The notes below the pieces were generated by a model. It did no database searches and was not told the DNA's origin. It worked only from the letters and a program-made list of their open reading frames with translations. From Eledone cirrhosa (taxonomy: Eukaryota), in NCBI GenBank assembly GCA_964016885.1, contig OZ024741.1:162440001-162504000 (forward strand): a stretch of DNA of 64,000 bases, read 5' to 3'. Positions 38,861-51,584 of the stretch are shown here, in pieces (the stretch's first letter is position 1; each line of letters opens with the position of its first letter). The position numbers and the translations under genes were made by a program.

Positions 38861-39499
38861 ATATACACACACAACACACACATCCACAAATATATGTTCA
38901 GCAATGTGCTGACGGTGCTATAATTAGTTGTTAATGGATATTATACTAGTTGCTCTCTCATGTAGTTTGCTAATAGGTTGCACTTTAAAAGTGATTTAGT
39001 AATAACTTTTCCTTATAACCCTTTCAATACCAAATTGCCTGAAAACTGACTCTGGTTCTATAATACAAAACTGCCCATTTTAAAGTATTCATATTTCCTT
39101 CCAACATAATTTATGTAAGGGCTCTTTTTATTTAGTAATGCTCTACACACCAGCTTAATAAAAAAATTTCAAAATTAAATAAAACATATTAGCTGTGAAT
39201 TTCTTTGGAATTCTGGTAACAAAATATTAATCAATGCTTATTAAAAATAAATCTTAAATAAACATTAATAGAATAGAGAAAAAAGAAATGTCCACCATAA
39301 TTCAATATCACCATGGAAAGTTGAAGTACTGTGTTTTCCAGAATCAATAATTTTAGACTACAGTAAAAAAAACCCTAGTAGCAAAATTAAAGCAAGACTA
39401 AGAAAAATATATGAAGTAGCTAAAATGCATTGGCTCTAAAAGCCAAAGAGCCTCTCACTGTTTCAAAAAAGAAGTATATTGTAAAGCACTTTCACTCCA

Positions 39500-39746
39500 T
39501 TAAACCTTTCATTAACATATTTCTAATGAAAATAATTACCTATATGTTTCAAATAATTTCGAAAATAATCAAAAATTTATAGGAATTTACTAATATATCC
39601 TACTTTTTTCTTATTAAGTTGATGTTCAGAGCATTACTAAAAAAATATTATAAAACATTATAATATAAGTTTGAATACTTTAAAAGAAACAGTTTTGGAT
39701 CACATAACCAGTGACGGTTTCATGTGTGTTGGCATCAAAAGCATTA
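39500..39746. mobile_element. Family A MITE (decayed); further copies at about 39016-39220, 42596-42865, 44146-44396, 45346-45581, 46027-46241, 46553-46794, 49319-49459, 54532-54730, 55067-55190, 56428-56613 and 56855-57047
   Basis: Shared internal motifs (CCATATTTCTAATGAAA, TTTGAAAATAATCAA, TACATAAAATTATG, GGTATCAAAAGGGTTAA) and TTAA-like ends. Confidence 0.65.
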
Positions 39747-40629
39747 ATCTATCTAATCTGGCTGAGTTTACACTCGCAAATAAGAAGAACCAGGGCTGCC
39801 CCTAGGAGCATTGGATTTGGTGTACTTCATATTCGTTTTGGTTGCTGAATACAATCAGGGGTTGCTGCTTCTCCTGAAGGTCAATAGTTCTCTTCTAACT
39901 CGAGCGGGAGCACCTTTTCATTGTCAATTTGCATTTATCATCTGTAAAGATGCATTGTTCTCAGAACCACTACACCAGTCTTTCGATGCATGCAGCTTGG
40001 AACTACTGCCACCCATTGATTTGGCAGGATTTTTTTTTTTTTTTTTTTAGATGGCCGATGAGTTCTTCCGCCTGTTGTCAGGTTTTGCTTTTTGTTCTGC
40101 AGGGTGTCCAAAATCACCCTCCTCACCAAGTAAACTTGGTGGGGTTGCCAGTTTAGTCGCCGATGACTCAACCATGCGACAGGTTGTACTTTGTTACATG
40201 CTACCAGTAGCACTCTAGAGTGACCTGACACATGGTACATGGTAAAGAGAGTTGTAAGAATTGCTACTGAGACAGGTTATTAAGTGGTTGTAGATAAACA
40301 AACACTTGCTTTAAGAAACTGATAAAGCTGTAATCAGGCCACAGCTAGATTAACATGACACAGAGAGACATTCAACTCATATTAGCAAAGAAAGTTTATA
40401 AACCACTAAATTAAAAATTTATGGCACCAGCGTTGATGAGCTTGTCAGGTATTGATTCAACAAAAGAGACTTCTCTATCCCATGAGATGGGTAGGATGAT
40501 AAGTATGATGTTATGGGTAAGTGACAATAGGCTGGGGGTGGGGGGTGGGGGTGACAACAGTATGTCATGAGTATCCTTGTTGAATACCAGCACTACTACA
40601 TTACAAAGTGTACTGAGTATGTTTAATCA

Positions 40630-40677
<48 letters not shown>

Positions 40678-41265
40678 ATAATAATAAATCTGAAGACTAA
40701 AATCCAAAGAGGGCTCGATAAGGATAAATATATATCAAATATATAAGAACCATAGAACCAATATTTATTAAAATAACAGATTAAAGTTTAAGCAAAGAAT
40801 CGCTGCTTTCACAATTAACGGGATATTCTGAAACTAACAAAGTCAATCTGTAAACGCAGAAGTGGATATTTCAAAAAACAATGCAACCGGAGGAAGACAG
40901 GAAGATGATACTTTAGTTCGTGGAAATGTTCCCTGGCAAAGAACGAGAAAAAACGAATATAATACGTCATTAATAGGAGTGATGAAAAACAATTACACGC
41001 AAAGACAGAACCACGTTTATGGTATAAAAGAAGTCGTAGACTAATGTTCTCTTAGATGGTTCATAGAGACGTTCTCTGGCAATGAACAGAAAAAACGAAG
41101 ATAATACGTCATATGTGTAGCGTGGAGAACAATTGCACGCAAAGACAAAACCACGTAAATGGTATAGCAGAAGTCGTAGACTAAAATTCTAACTAGGAAA
41201 CCGAATGAATCTCCGCTTCAGAGTTAAGAATAAAGTAAATAAATACATATTAATATATATATATA

Positions 41266-41601
41266 TATAAACGTTTAAATATGTGTAATAAGGCCAAGAC
41301 AATGCAGGTATGGACATAGAAAAAAGAATGCAATAGTGAAAGATATTGATGTGAATTCGTCTTTCATCTTGAATTTATTTAAATGTCCTTAATTTTCGAG
41401 ATAATATCTCTTCTTCGGAGGGAAGTAAAGGTCTCAAACCAGCGTCTTTAAATCTCTAGTCAAGCCAGCGAAAATTAAGGACATTTAAATAAATTCAAGG
41501 TGAAAGACGAATTCACATCAATATCTTTCACTATTGCATTCTTTTTTCTATGTCCATACCTGCATTGTCTTGGCCTTATTACACATATTCAAACGTTTAT
41601 A
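41266..41601. repeat. Near-perfect inverted repeat, 133-bp arms with 70-bp spacer
   Basis: 41266-41398 is the reverse complement of 41469-41601, with two mismatches by eye. Confidence 0.95.
41385..41425 (-). ncRNA. Candidate minimal type I hammerhead ribozyme (variant core)
   Basis: CCT-CCGAAGA-A-GAGAT(ATT)ATCTC-GAA-AATT-A-AGG: stem I CCT/AGG, stem II hairpin, palindromic stem III; U4 replaced by C. Confidence 0.4.
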
Positions 41602-43426
41602 CCTCATTACACATATTCAAACGTTTATACCTCATTACACAATGCTTCAAGTGAACTATAACCTCCTCCTATATATATATATAAAGCTTATAGTTTTAAG
41701 CAGACAGTATTATTGATTTAGGTGTCATAGAAACCCTGCATTTGGATTTTACCATCAATTCCATTTGGGTCCAGGTCTGTTTTTATCATTTATTTTGTTT
41801 GACCTGTTTAGCTTGATTTGTTTTTTGGCTTAGGTGGTTAATGCCTTCTTGACCACTTTTTCAGTTTGTATGGTGTTTTAACATATTGTTTAGCTCTAGT
41901 TTTCTTAACTATTGGAGCGCTTGCCAGCATATCTACGATTTTGCGTTTCATTTCGCTTTTTCTACCAGCCGAAATACGATTGTCGCTGAATTTATATATA
42001 TATATATATATATACAAACCTTGGTTTAGAAATGAGTCTTCTTTCTTGCACTCATGGTACAAGCAGGCACAGTAAATGTGGAAAAGCCAGGGAAGAGGAA
42101 ATTCGGTTCAAGCTGTTAGAAGCCTTAAATAGAGGATATGTGTGTGTGTGTGTGTGCGTGCGTGCGCACACGCGGAAATTCAACAAGGAAAAACAAACAG
42201 GAAAATAATACAGTACAATGAAGATAGAATCAGAGATAGAAGAAGAAATAGAAAGATAGATGAGAGTAAGAAGAAGAAATGGAAAAAACAATTATGGGAA
42301 GAAACACGTGTGTTTAAGCTAAGTTGTTTAAAAAAAAAAAGAAAAAAAAAAGTTGTTCTATGAAGGGGTATAATCATGGAGCATTTCAGGATACTGCAAA
42401 ATCTTGGAGTCCATCACATCACATAATGGTATTTCACATATTACTATAATCCTATGAGGTTGCTGATGACAATAACAGCAACAACTATCAAACAGTCACA
42501 ATTAATCAATCAATCATTTTTATATATATTATATATCAACTTCTAGACAGCTCTACTTAATGTAAAGGTTAAAATATGACAATCCCCCTAATACATTAAC
42601 TCTTTCATTATCACATTACTAATGAAAGATACAGTCTGTGTCATTAATCCTTTCATTTCCAGACACTGTCTATAGTTTTCAAATCATTTTGAAAATAATC
42701 AAGAATTTGAAGAGATTTAATAATATAAACTAATTTCCTGGTGTTTATAACATAACAAAGGTTTTTCTTACATAAAATTATGATGAAAGATTGAGATAAA
42801 TATAAACACTTTAAAATTAACTATGTATTATAGAATGAGGGATAGTTTGGCATTAAAAGGATTAGAAAAAAAAAGAAAAACTTTACTTTCCTTCTTATAT
42901 TTTTAACATCACTCAAATGATTCTGAAATTTGGATAAACTCTTTTGATAGCAACCTGCCTGAAAGCACCCCAGGTTCTCTGATATAAAGAGTCCTTTATT
43001 TTGAAATGTTCATATTTAAATTTAAACTTTCCATCATAACTGTATACAGTTTTTGTTAAGCTATGATTTAAATACCAGCTGAACCTTGAAAAGTTATTTA
43101 TATAAAACAAACTGTAATTTCTTGCAATTTGGATATGAAAGGCTCAAACTAATCTTTTTTTTTTTTTTTTTGCATCTAGCAAGAGTACTTTGAGTAATGA
43201 GCAGCTTGTCTTGCTTCATGGTGTAATAGATATAACAACATTTGACCACAAGATTATTCAATGTATTAGACCTACTACAGTCAGTAGGCATCTCTAACAA
43301 AATACACCCCCGTCCCACCACCCCCACCCCATCCACACCGCCCCTTTCAATGTAAAGTTATGTTGGTGCCACAACATCCAGGCCGAAACAAATGAGATCG
43401 TGTAAGTGTCACGACAAAAAAAACAC

Positions 43427-43986
43427 ACAGTCCACGCTGTCATGTGGCCGTGTAGGCAACACGGTAAAAACCTCCCAGCCCCACGCTGTAAATGTGGTTG
43501 GTGTTAGGAAGGGCATCCAGCTGTAGAAAACCTGCCAGACAGTCCACGCTGTAATGTGGCCGTGTAGGCAACACGGTAAAAACCTCCCAGCCCCACGCTG
43601 TAAATGTGATTGGTGTTAGGAAGGGCATCCAGCTGTAGAAAACCTGCCAGACAGTCCACGCTGTAATGTGGCCGTGTAGGCAACACGGTAAAAACCTCCC
43701 AGCCCCACGCTGTAAATGTGGTTGGTGTTAGGAAGGGCATCCAGCTGTAGAAAACCTGCCAGACAGTCCACGCTGTAATGTGGCCGTGTAGGCAACACGG
43801 TAAAAACCTCCCAGCCCCACGCTGTAAATGTGATTGGTGTTAGGAAGGGCATCCAGCTGTAGAAAACCTGCCAGACAGTCCACGCTGTAATGTGGCCATG
43901 TAGGCAACACGGTAAAAACCTCCCAGCCCCACGCTGTAAATGTGGTTGGTGTTAGGAAGGGCATCCAGCTGTAGAAAACCCGCCAG
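43427..43986 (+). repeat. Five tandem 112-bp units amplified inside an S2-related SINE (43395-44088)
   Basis: ACAGTCCACGCTGT starts at 43427, 43539, 43651, 43763 and 43875; the normal SINE tail resumes at 43987. Confidence 0.95.
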
Positions 43987-44497
43987 ACAGTCCTATGCGA
44001 GCAAGACAATCACTCTTGCCTCAAGTGGGAAAATACCCGTCCAAACCCATGCAAGCGTGGAACACGGACGTTAAACGTTGATGATGATTAGACATGAAGG
44101 TTGAAAAAATTAGTGACAGATTCTTCAATGAAGGTTCAAAACAATTGACCCTTTCATTACTATATCTCTAAAGGCATTGTCTATGATTTATTATTAATGT
44201 TGAAAATAATCAAAAATTTGGAAGGGTTTAGTAAATTAACAAGCTTTCTCACTTTGAAGCTGATGTTGGAAGATTCTTACATACAAGTAAAAGTATGATG
44301 GAATTTTTATCGATGAATATAAACACTTTAAAATATACAATTTTATATTGTACAATCAGGGACAGTTTCAGGTGTTTTTGGTATTAAAAGGGTTAATGGC
44401 ACAGGCAGAATGTTTCAGAATCTTTGAGTAAAACATCAAATAAATCTGTTAATAATAATAAAAAAAAACGGCAGTAAACCAAACTTCAGATTATTAT

Positions 44498-44682
44498 TGA
44501 ATTGGCAGTATCGGTAGAGGGTCGGACACCATGCTTCCCAGCATAGTTATGTCCCTTTATGGTCTGAGTTCAAATCCTGTCGAGGTTAACTTTGCCTTTC
44601 ATCCTTACGGGGTCGATAAAATAAAGTACCAGTAATGTACTGGGTAATTGCTGGCCTTGTGCCAAAAGTAGAAACAATTATT
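44498..44682 (+). mobile_element. Young S1 SINE
   Basis: Closely similar to 31132-31320 and 59455-59646. Confidence 0.85.
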
Positions 44683-46278
44683 TTTGTTACAGTAAGACTA
44701 TACAGTTTTATTGCAAAAATTTTATACTTGAAAATTATTCAATACTATGTATGGAACCATCACTTCGAAAAGAGTCATAGCGGCATTTTAAACCAGGCAG
44801 AGCCCATCCCCTTTATAGTTCTGAACACAGCCACTTTCTTCCAGAGAAGAAGAGAAAGTGATAGGCAGGCAATGAGAAAGAGATATAGAGAAAGAATCGA
44901 CCACAGTACTGGACTAATTCTCTTTTATTGGCCTTGAAAGGATGAAAGGCAAAGTTGACTGTGGCAGATTTTGAACTCAGAGTGCAGAAAGGACAAATAT
45001 CACAAAGCCTTTTATCTGATGTTCTAATGACTGCCAATCCACTAGCTATTCAACACTATGGCTAAGGGAAAATAAGGGAGTGTACTTGCAGACTAAATAG
45101 CAATATTGTTGGGTTTCACATGTATTATGAAAGGAGTTGTAAAACTTCTACTTAACATAGCCTTGCAGCTATGTGAATATCTTCATACAAACCCACCTGT
45201 TTGGTATTGAAAATTGAAATTTAAACCTCCCATTACAATTTTATGCAAGCACTCTTCTGTTGTGGACTGAACAACAACTTAATACAGCAATTACTGAATA
45301 AAATTAGTTATTTCTAAAGTTGTCAAAAATATGGTACCAAAAAGGTTAACCTTTTTGGTACAAAAATGCCTAAAACTGCCCCTTGTTCTATGATACAAAG
45401 CTATTTATTTTAAAGTTTTTATATTTATATAAACAGCTTCCATCATAATTTTATGTAAGAACAGTTGTTAAGTTATGTTTCAAACAATAGAAAATTTATT
45501 ATATTACTAAATCCTGCCAAATTCTTGATTATTTAAAAGATTATTTGAAAACCATAGAAATATGGTAATGGAAGGATTTAAAACAATTATTATAGCCAAA
45601 AGTTTAAAATTACACTTTCAATATCTTCTCAAGTTGCCAGAAAATTGTATAACAATTGAGGATTAATTCTATATCGATTACAAGGTCATTATAATTCTTA
45701 AATGGAAACTTTATATCTTAAACTAAACTGTCACATTAGCTGTTAACTTAATTGAATGTGTATATATTATAGAAATATATACATTACACCAGTATATACA
45801 TTATAATCTTATCATTGTGATGCATTTTAGAAAATCAAAATTCCTTGGAGACCCCTTTTGTAATATATTCCAATGGAGCAAGCATGGGAAATAATGATGG
45901 AGTAAACTTGTTCTCTAGTTTATTGCAGCAAATGTGTTACAACCGTATGCCTTATTGTACAACATATTAATGGATATTTTACATTTTAACAACAACAATG
46001 TAAGAATGCATTGATAGTAGCTTCTATTAACCCCCTTGTTACCATTATTTGAATAATTAATGAAGAATTTGAAAGGATTTACTCAAATTATTAATTATTT
46101 CATTAAGATAGTATTTGTAACATAACAAAAGGTAAAAATATAGGTTGGAATGTTTTAACTTAAATACGGATCCTTTAAAACCGGTGGTTTAGTTTCATAG
46201 AGATAAAGATAGTTTGGGCAGGTTAGTGTCTAAATGGTTAAAAAGATTCAACCATCACCATTTTACAACAGCTTTCCA

Positions 46279-46542
46279 TGCTGGCATTGGTTGGATAGAT
46301 ACTATGGGCATGTGGTTAGAATGTCTGAGGAAAAAATTGCTGGACAGATTTTACGGGCAAAACCAACCAGCAGGAGACCCAGAACAAGATGGTTGGATAA
46401 GATCTATGAGCTTGTCTGGTCTTGTTTGGGGATCCAGCCGTATCAGTTGGAGACGGTTGCTTCTGACAGGACCCGCTGGGAAGAGTGTTTGAGAACAACC
46501 CCCCACAACCCTCTCAGGAATAAGTGGGTGAAGAAGAAGTAG
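46279..46542 (+). pseudogene. 3' end of Rex3/Expander-like RTE LINE
   Basis: RYYGHVVRMSEEKIAGQILRAKPTSRRPRTRWLDKIYELVWSCLGI..VASDRTRW; (GAA)n tail. Confidence 0.85.
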
Positions 46543-46888
46543 GTATTCTAAAGTTAATCCTTTGATTACCAGATTTATAATGAAATACTTTGTATTTTAA
46601 TTAACTGGTGAAACATTTGGGAAGGACTTACTAGAAGTATAATTTCATTGAAATATTATTTGTAACATAACAAAATGTTCTTATATAAAATTATGTTGGA
46701 AGGTTTTAATTTAAGGAGGAACTTTTAAAATGGGTGGTAACGTTTCATAGAAATAGAGGCGGAGTTTTAGGTGGGTGGGTATCAAAAGACTTAAGGTAAA
46801 ATGTGTCAGGTATAATTCTTCAGTTCCTGAAATAAATAAAGTGTTTATAAGTGAAAATACTACATAATTCACATGGTTTGTTACATGA

Positions 46889-46983
46889 CCTTCCTTCCCT
46901 AATAACAGGGTTAAACTTTTGCCCTTCCTTCCTTACTAGCAGGGTGAAACCTTTGCCCTTCCTTCCTTACTAGCAAGGTTAAA
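46889..46983. repeat. Tandem repeat, ~34-bp unit, about 3 copies
   Basis: CCTTCCTTCC.TA.TA.CA.GGT.AAA repeated. Confidence 0.8.
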
Positions 46984-47477
46984 GAATCTATTATTTAGCA
47001 ATGAATATTCACATAAAAACATGTTCGGTGTTACAATAGGTTTCTTGTAGCTTACATGAAAAGCCAGTTCATGACAGAACTTTAATCAGTTTTGAAGTAT
47101 TTAATAGATTGACATAAGCTAGTGAAACAATTCAAAAACACACCTAGAACGAAAACACAATCATAAAGAGAAAGGTAAATATTAGAAATTGAGGTCAATC
47201 TAATAGTATCTACAGTAGTAACTTCAATGGGGTTGGTCTTTTTGTTTATTGTAGACAGAGGAATATGTATCAAAGTTATAATGTTCTACAATTAACAGTG
47301 GTCTTTTGTCTCATACTGTACTTTCACCTGAATTACATTTTAAAGGTGTTTCTCTAAGAAACCTTTTATATATATATAACTCATGCTAGCATGGAAAATT
47401 GACATTAAACAATGAATGATGATAATGATGGTGATGATATATATATATATATATGTATATTGCCCCCCCCCCCCCCC

Positions 47478-47779
47478 CCCGCAAGGTGGTCGTGATAGAC
47501 AATATGCCCCCACCGCAAGGTGGTCGTGGATGTGCCACGGCAAAAAAGCACCCAGCCCACACTGTAAAGTGGACGTGTAGGCACCACGAAAAAGCACCCA
47601 GCACTCACTGTAAATGAGGTTGGTGTTAGGAAGGGCATCCAGCTGTAGAAATCAAGCCAAATCAGTTCCTGTATGAGCAAGGCATGGTCAGCCGACCAGA
47701 CACTGCCCACAACAGGACAACCCATGCTAGCGTGGAAGAACGGACGTAAAACGGTGATGATGATGATGATGATGATGAT
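47478..47779 (+). mobile_element. S2-related SINE 3' portion with internal repeats
   Basis: CACTGTAAATGAGGTTGGTGTTAGGAAGGGCATCCAGCTGTAGAAA and (GAT)n tail. Confidence 0.8.
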
Positions 47780-49607
47780 ATATATATAGATATATATATG
47801 TATATGTGTGTGTGTGTGTATATGAATGTATAGGTGTGTTTAAAATACTGCAGTATTTAAAACATTCAAACATTAACTGAACACTCAACACACATATATA
47901 AGTGTGAGTGTGTATGTGTATTATATATATAAACAATGATGGTAGTAATTCAAAAAGGTTAAACCATTGACTTCACCAACAAAAATAAAAAAATAATAAC
48001 TATGCTGAAGAAAATAAACCAACTTTTGATAATAAAGTTCAACAAATAAAGATTAACATTATAGTTTTAATTCTCTCACCATTAATGCAACATGTCATTC
48101 AATGCTGTTTTTACTGCTAAGGTAAAGATTAGCCTTCCAAGTCACACACAACAGGCTTCATACTCAACATGGAGTCCTAATATCCTTCTTAGTGTTAACC
48201 CATTTTGTTGCCTCTTATGACACCCAAAGATTCAATGTAACTTATACTAAACCAGATACACATAACATTAAACAAAACTAAAATAAATAAATAAATCTAT
48301 AAAAACTCACTGCAAATCATAGATTATGATTAAGATATGATTGAGTGAAATAATGATATTGGTTAAGAAATTGAAAGAAGAGAAAAGTTGATTAAATTGA
48401 CCCCAGAAGAATGAAAGGCAAAGTTGACTGCAGCAGGATTGAACTTAAAGAGTTGAAATAAATGCAACAAAGTATTTTGTATAACATTCTAGAGATTTTG
48501 CTAATACCCACCCTTAATGAAATAACAATAACCCCTTGAAATTCAAGAGGTTTTTGAAATTTTACAACTATTCATTTCTTAGAAACTACTACTGCTATTT
48601 ACTTAAGGACTCGAGTTTCCACCAGTAGAATAGTCTGAAGAGAGAGATTGCTTGCCAATAAATATATTAATATTAAACCTTGAGAGTCACCTTAGCATGC
48701 TCTGATTGCTCCCATTGTTCTACCTTCATAGACATATTCTTTGTGAACACTAGTGAACAGACCCTTTAAATAACTCACATAACTCACTTATAGTTTAGAT
48801 GATAATGTATATAGACAGCACACACTTAAGAGCTAAATTTAAAACTGAAAAGAACAAAACAATGAGAAATCTCTATGTGGTCGCTCAACTTACTAGAAAT
48901 TGGAATATTTTCCCTCAAATCACACATTGTCATAAAAACAGAAAGGCACATTGCATAATGTATTTGTAGATAAGATAAATAAGATGGGATGGTCCTCGAA
49001 TGTTTTTAATCATAATAAGTAATTCCAATCAGCTTGCCTGCGGCTAAACAACAACCCAGAACTGAGATATATTGTTCCCTTTATAGTGTTACATTACTAT
49101 AGAGAATTACTTTATTTTACCTTACTCCACTTCAAGACATATTAAATTTCACGTGTGAAAGAGGAGATATGTGTGTGAGTACAAAGCATACAGCTGCACC
49201 ACACACACACACACACACACATATTTAAGTGTGTACACATGCATAAGCAAGTACACATATATGCAAACATGTGTGCATAAGCAATAAATATTGACAAATA
49301 TTAACTATATATGCTGTTTAATCCTTTTGTTACTGTCTTTCTAATGGAAAATACTGCCCATGGTTTTCAAACTCAATGGTTCTTACATAAAATTATGATG
49401 GAAGGTTTGTATTGCAGAAGCAGGGAACATTTCTGGCAGTTTGGTATCAAAAGGGTTAAACATGGGCATATACATAAGCAAGAACATTTAGTCCCAAGTC
49501 AACTAATCAAACAACAGTGAATTAATAGTTATTAAGTCATAAGTGAATACAATGCAGTATCTGTTCTAGATTTTTATGATCTGTGTGTGTGTGTGTTTTT
49601 TTTCTTC

Positions 49608-49937
49608 ATTTCATTTTACGTCCGTTTTTCCCTGCTTGCAAGGGTGGGATGGGAACTTATTCTGGCTTGATTTCTACAGCTGGATGCCCCTCCTAACACC
49701 AACCTTATTTACAGTGAGTGCTGGGTGCTTTTTTGCCGTGGCACCTCCACGACCACTTTGCAGTGGAATGAGAGGGACCCCGGTCCCTATCATCTCATTT
49801 CTACAGCTGAGTAAACTGGAGCAATGTGAAATAAAGTGTATTGCTCAAGGAAACAACACATCACCCAGTCTGAGAATTGAACTCACAACCTTTCGATTGC
49901 AATCCCAATGCTCTAACCACTAAGCCATGTGCCTCCA
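49608..49937 (-). mobile_element. Full-length S2 SINE
   Basis: Reverse complement closely matches 6767-7095. Confidence 0.85.
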
Positions 49938-50899
49938 TATGTGTATCCATTTTATAATAGATACACTGTATCTTGCATGTTGTGAGAGGTGACTAAAAGG
50001 AAGAGGCTTGTCACCAAGGAGAGGAGCATGGGATGGAACTGCTCCCCTACTATTTAATGGTGTCTCCTCAGAATCAGAAAATATAGTTAATAAAAAACGT
50101 CCTGAAATATGTTCATTGAATTAGAGGGCCCATCCAGAATGTTCTGAAGCACCACCTGAGCACAAAAACTGGCGATGAGCCTGATCAAGAAGGGTATTCA
50201 GCAGTAAAGCATGGCTTAAAAAAAAGATCCCGTGATGAATATGAAGTCTATCAACCATGCAAGGCAAATCCTAGCTTTAGCAAGGAAGATAGCCTTAAAA
50301 TGCTTATTGTGTGTATGTTGTCATTTCTGTGCTTTGTGTTTAAATCTTGCCATGGTCAATTTTACATTTGATCCTTTCAGTCAAGTATTGGCGCTGATTT
50401 TTTCCCTTCTCTCTCTCAGCCTCACAGAATTGGCTATAGCCAACAATATGGTGGTGTCTTGTAAAACAACACTAGCAGGAAGGCAACAAATTACCATAAT
50501 TGTATTCTCCCAGGAACATTTTATGACAAACACACAGTGTCAAAGGTATGACAACTTCCCTAGTGTTGATGTCATGATAAAGTGCACTTGCTAGAGCATG
50601 GGATCATATGTCAGGTCCTTGGTTTGTCAGAACAATTCATAGAGTGCATGAATGTATGTAAGCGATGCATACCCACCTCCAGCCCACCTCGAGGTCACTG
50701 ATTTTACTTGACCAGTTTGTGACTGATTTTACTGACCAGTTTGTGACCATATGTCAAAACCTTGCTAGCAGGGAAAACAGATGTTAAATGATGATGATGA
50801 CAAATTCACAATGCTTATCATGGAAATCAGCAGGAGTCGTTCAATAACAACCTGCTAGCATATCTTTTTTTTCCCAGCTGATTGAGCTAACTTATGAAC

Positions 50900-51060
50900 A
50901 ATAACATTGCAATATGATTGGGCTGACTTATAATCAATGGGATTGCAACTGTGACCGAGCAGACATATCTGTAATCAATGATATTGCAATATGATCGAAC
51001 AGACCTATCTTTAATCAATAATATTGCAATTATGACCAAGCAGACCTATAATTGATGGCT
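50900..51060. repeat. ~40-bp tandem repeat, about 4 copies, within an unclassified interspersed repeat
   Basis: ATTGCAA..TGA.C...CAGAC.TAT..AATCAAT recurs. Confidence 0.7.
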
Positions 51061-51584
51061 ATGCCACTGTGATAATCATGTCTTGTTAAGAGTATTTAGG
51101 CCTACATTATCTAATGTGGCCTCTGTTATTTCTAGCAGGTCAAGCAACTTCCTTTGTTGGCTCCTATAAAAAATTGTTGAAATCTTAAACATGTCTACAG
51201 ATTTAAAATCTTCAACTTCACCAGCTCACAATAATCCATATGATTTTAATGTAAGATTACTTCTACACCCTTAACCTTGTCATTACCATATTTCTTAGGC
51301 AGCCATTAAAGTATTGGATATTTGTTTCTAATCTCTGCATTCTGAGATCCAACCAAGGTACACTTTGCCTTTTATCTCTTCAGGATCAATAAAGAATGTA
51401 CAAGCCCAGTGCTGGTGCAGCCCTCACACCGTGCTGTTACATCTTGACTGTTTTGCTGAATTAAGGCAGAGTGGGCCAAGAGGGCATCTGTATCTGCTCA
51501 CGGCTACATGAGCACCTAAAACCCTTAGCAAAAGCATGGTACATTCTACTCAGTCATACTCAATTGTAAGTGATGGCTGTAGTT

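Larger units (their letters stand above)
40675..41641. mobile_element. Probable Penelope-like element remnant with internal direct repeat and inverted terminal duplication
   Basis: CpG-rich island between (TA)n tracts; direct repeat about 40925-41045 / 41067-41185; 133-bp inverted arms; hammerhead-like core. No GIY-YIG or RT ORF seen. Confidence 0.5.

Noticed and set aside
43440-44009. Repeated ORFs MPFLTP...
   Set aside because: Antisense translation of the 112-bp SINE-derived repeat; 112 is not a multiple of 3.
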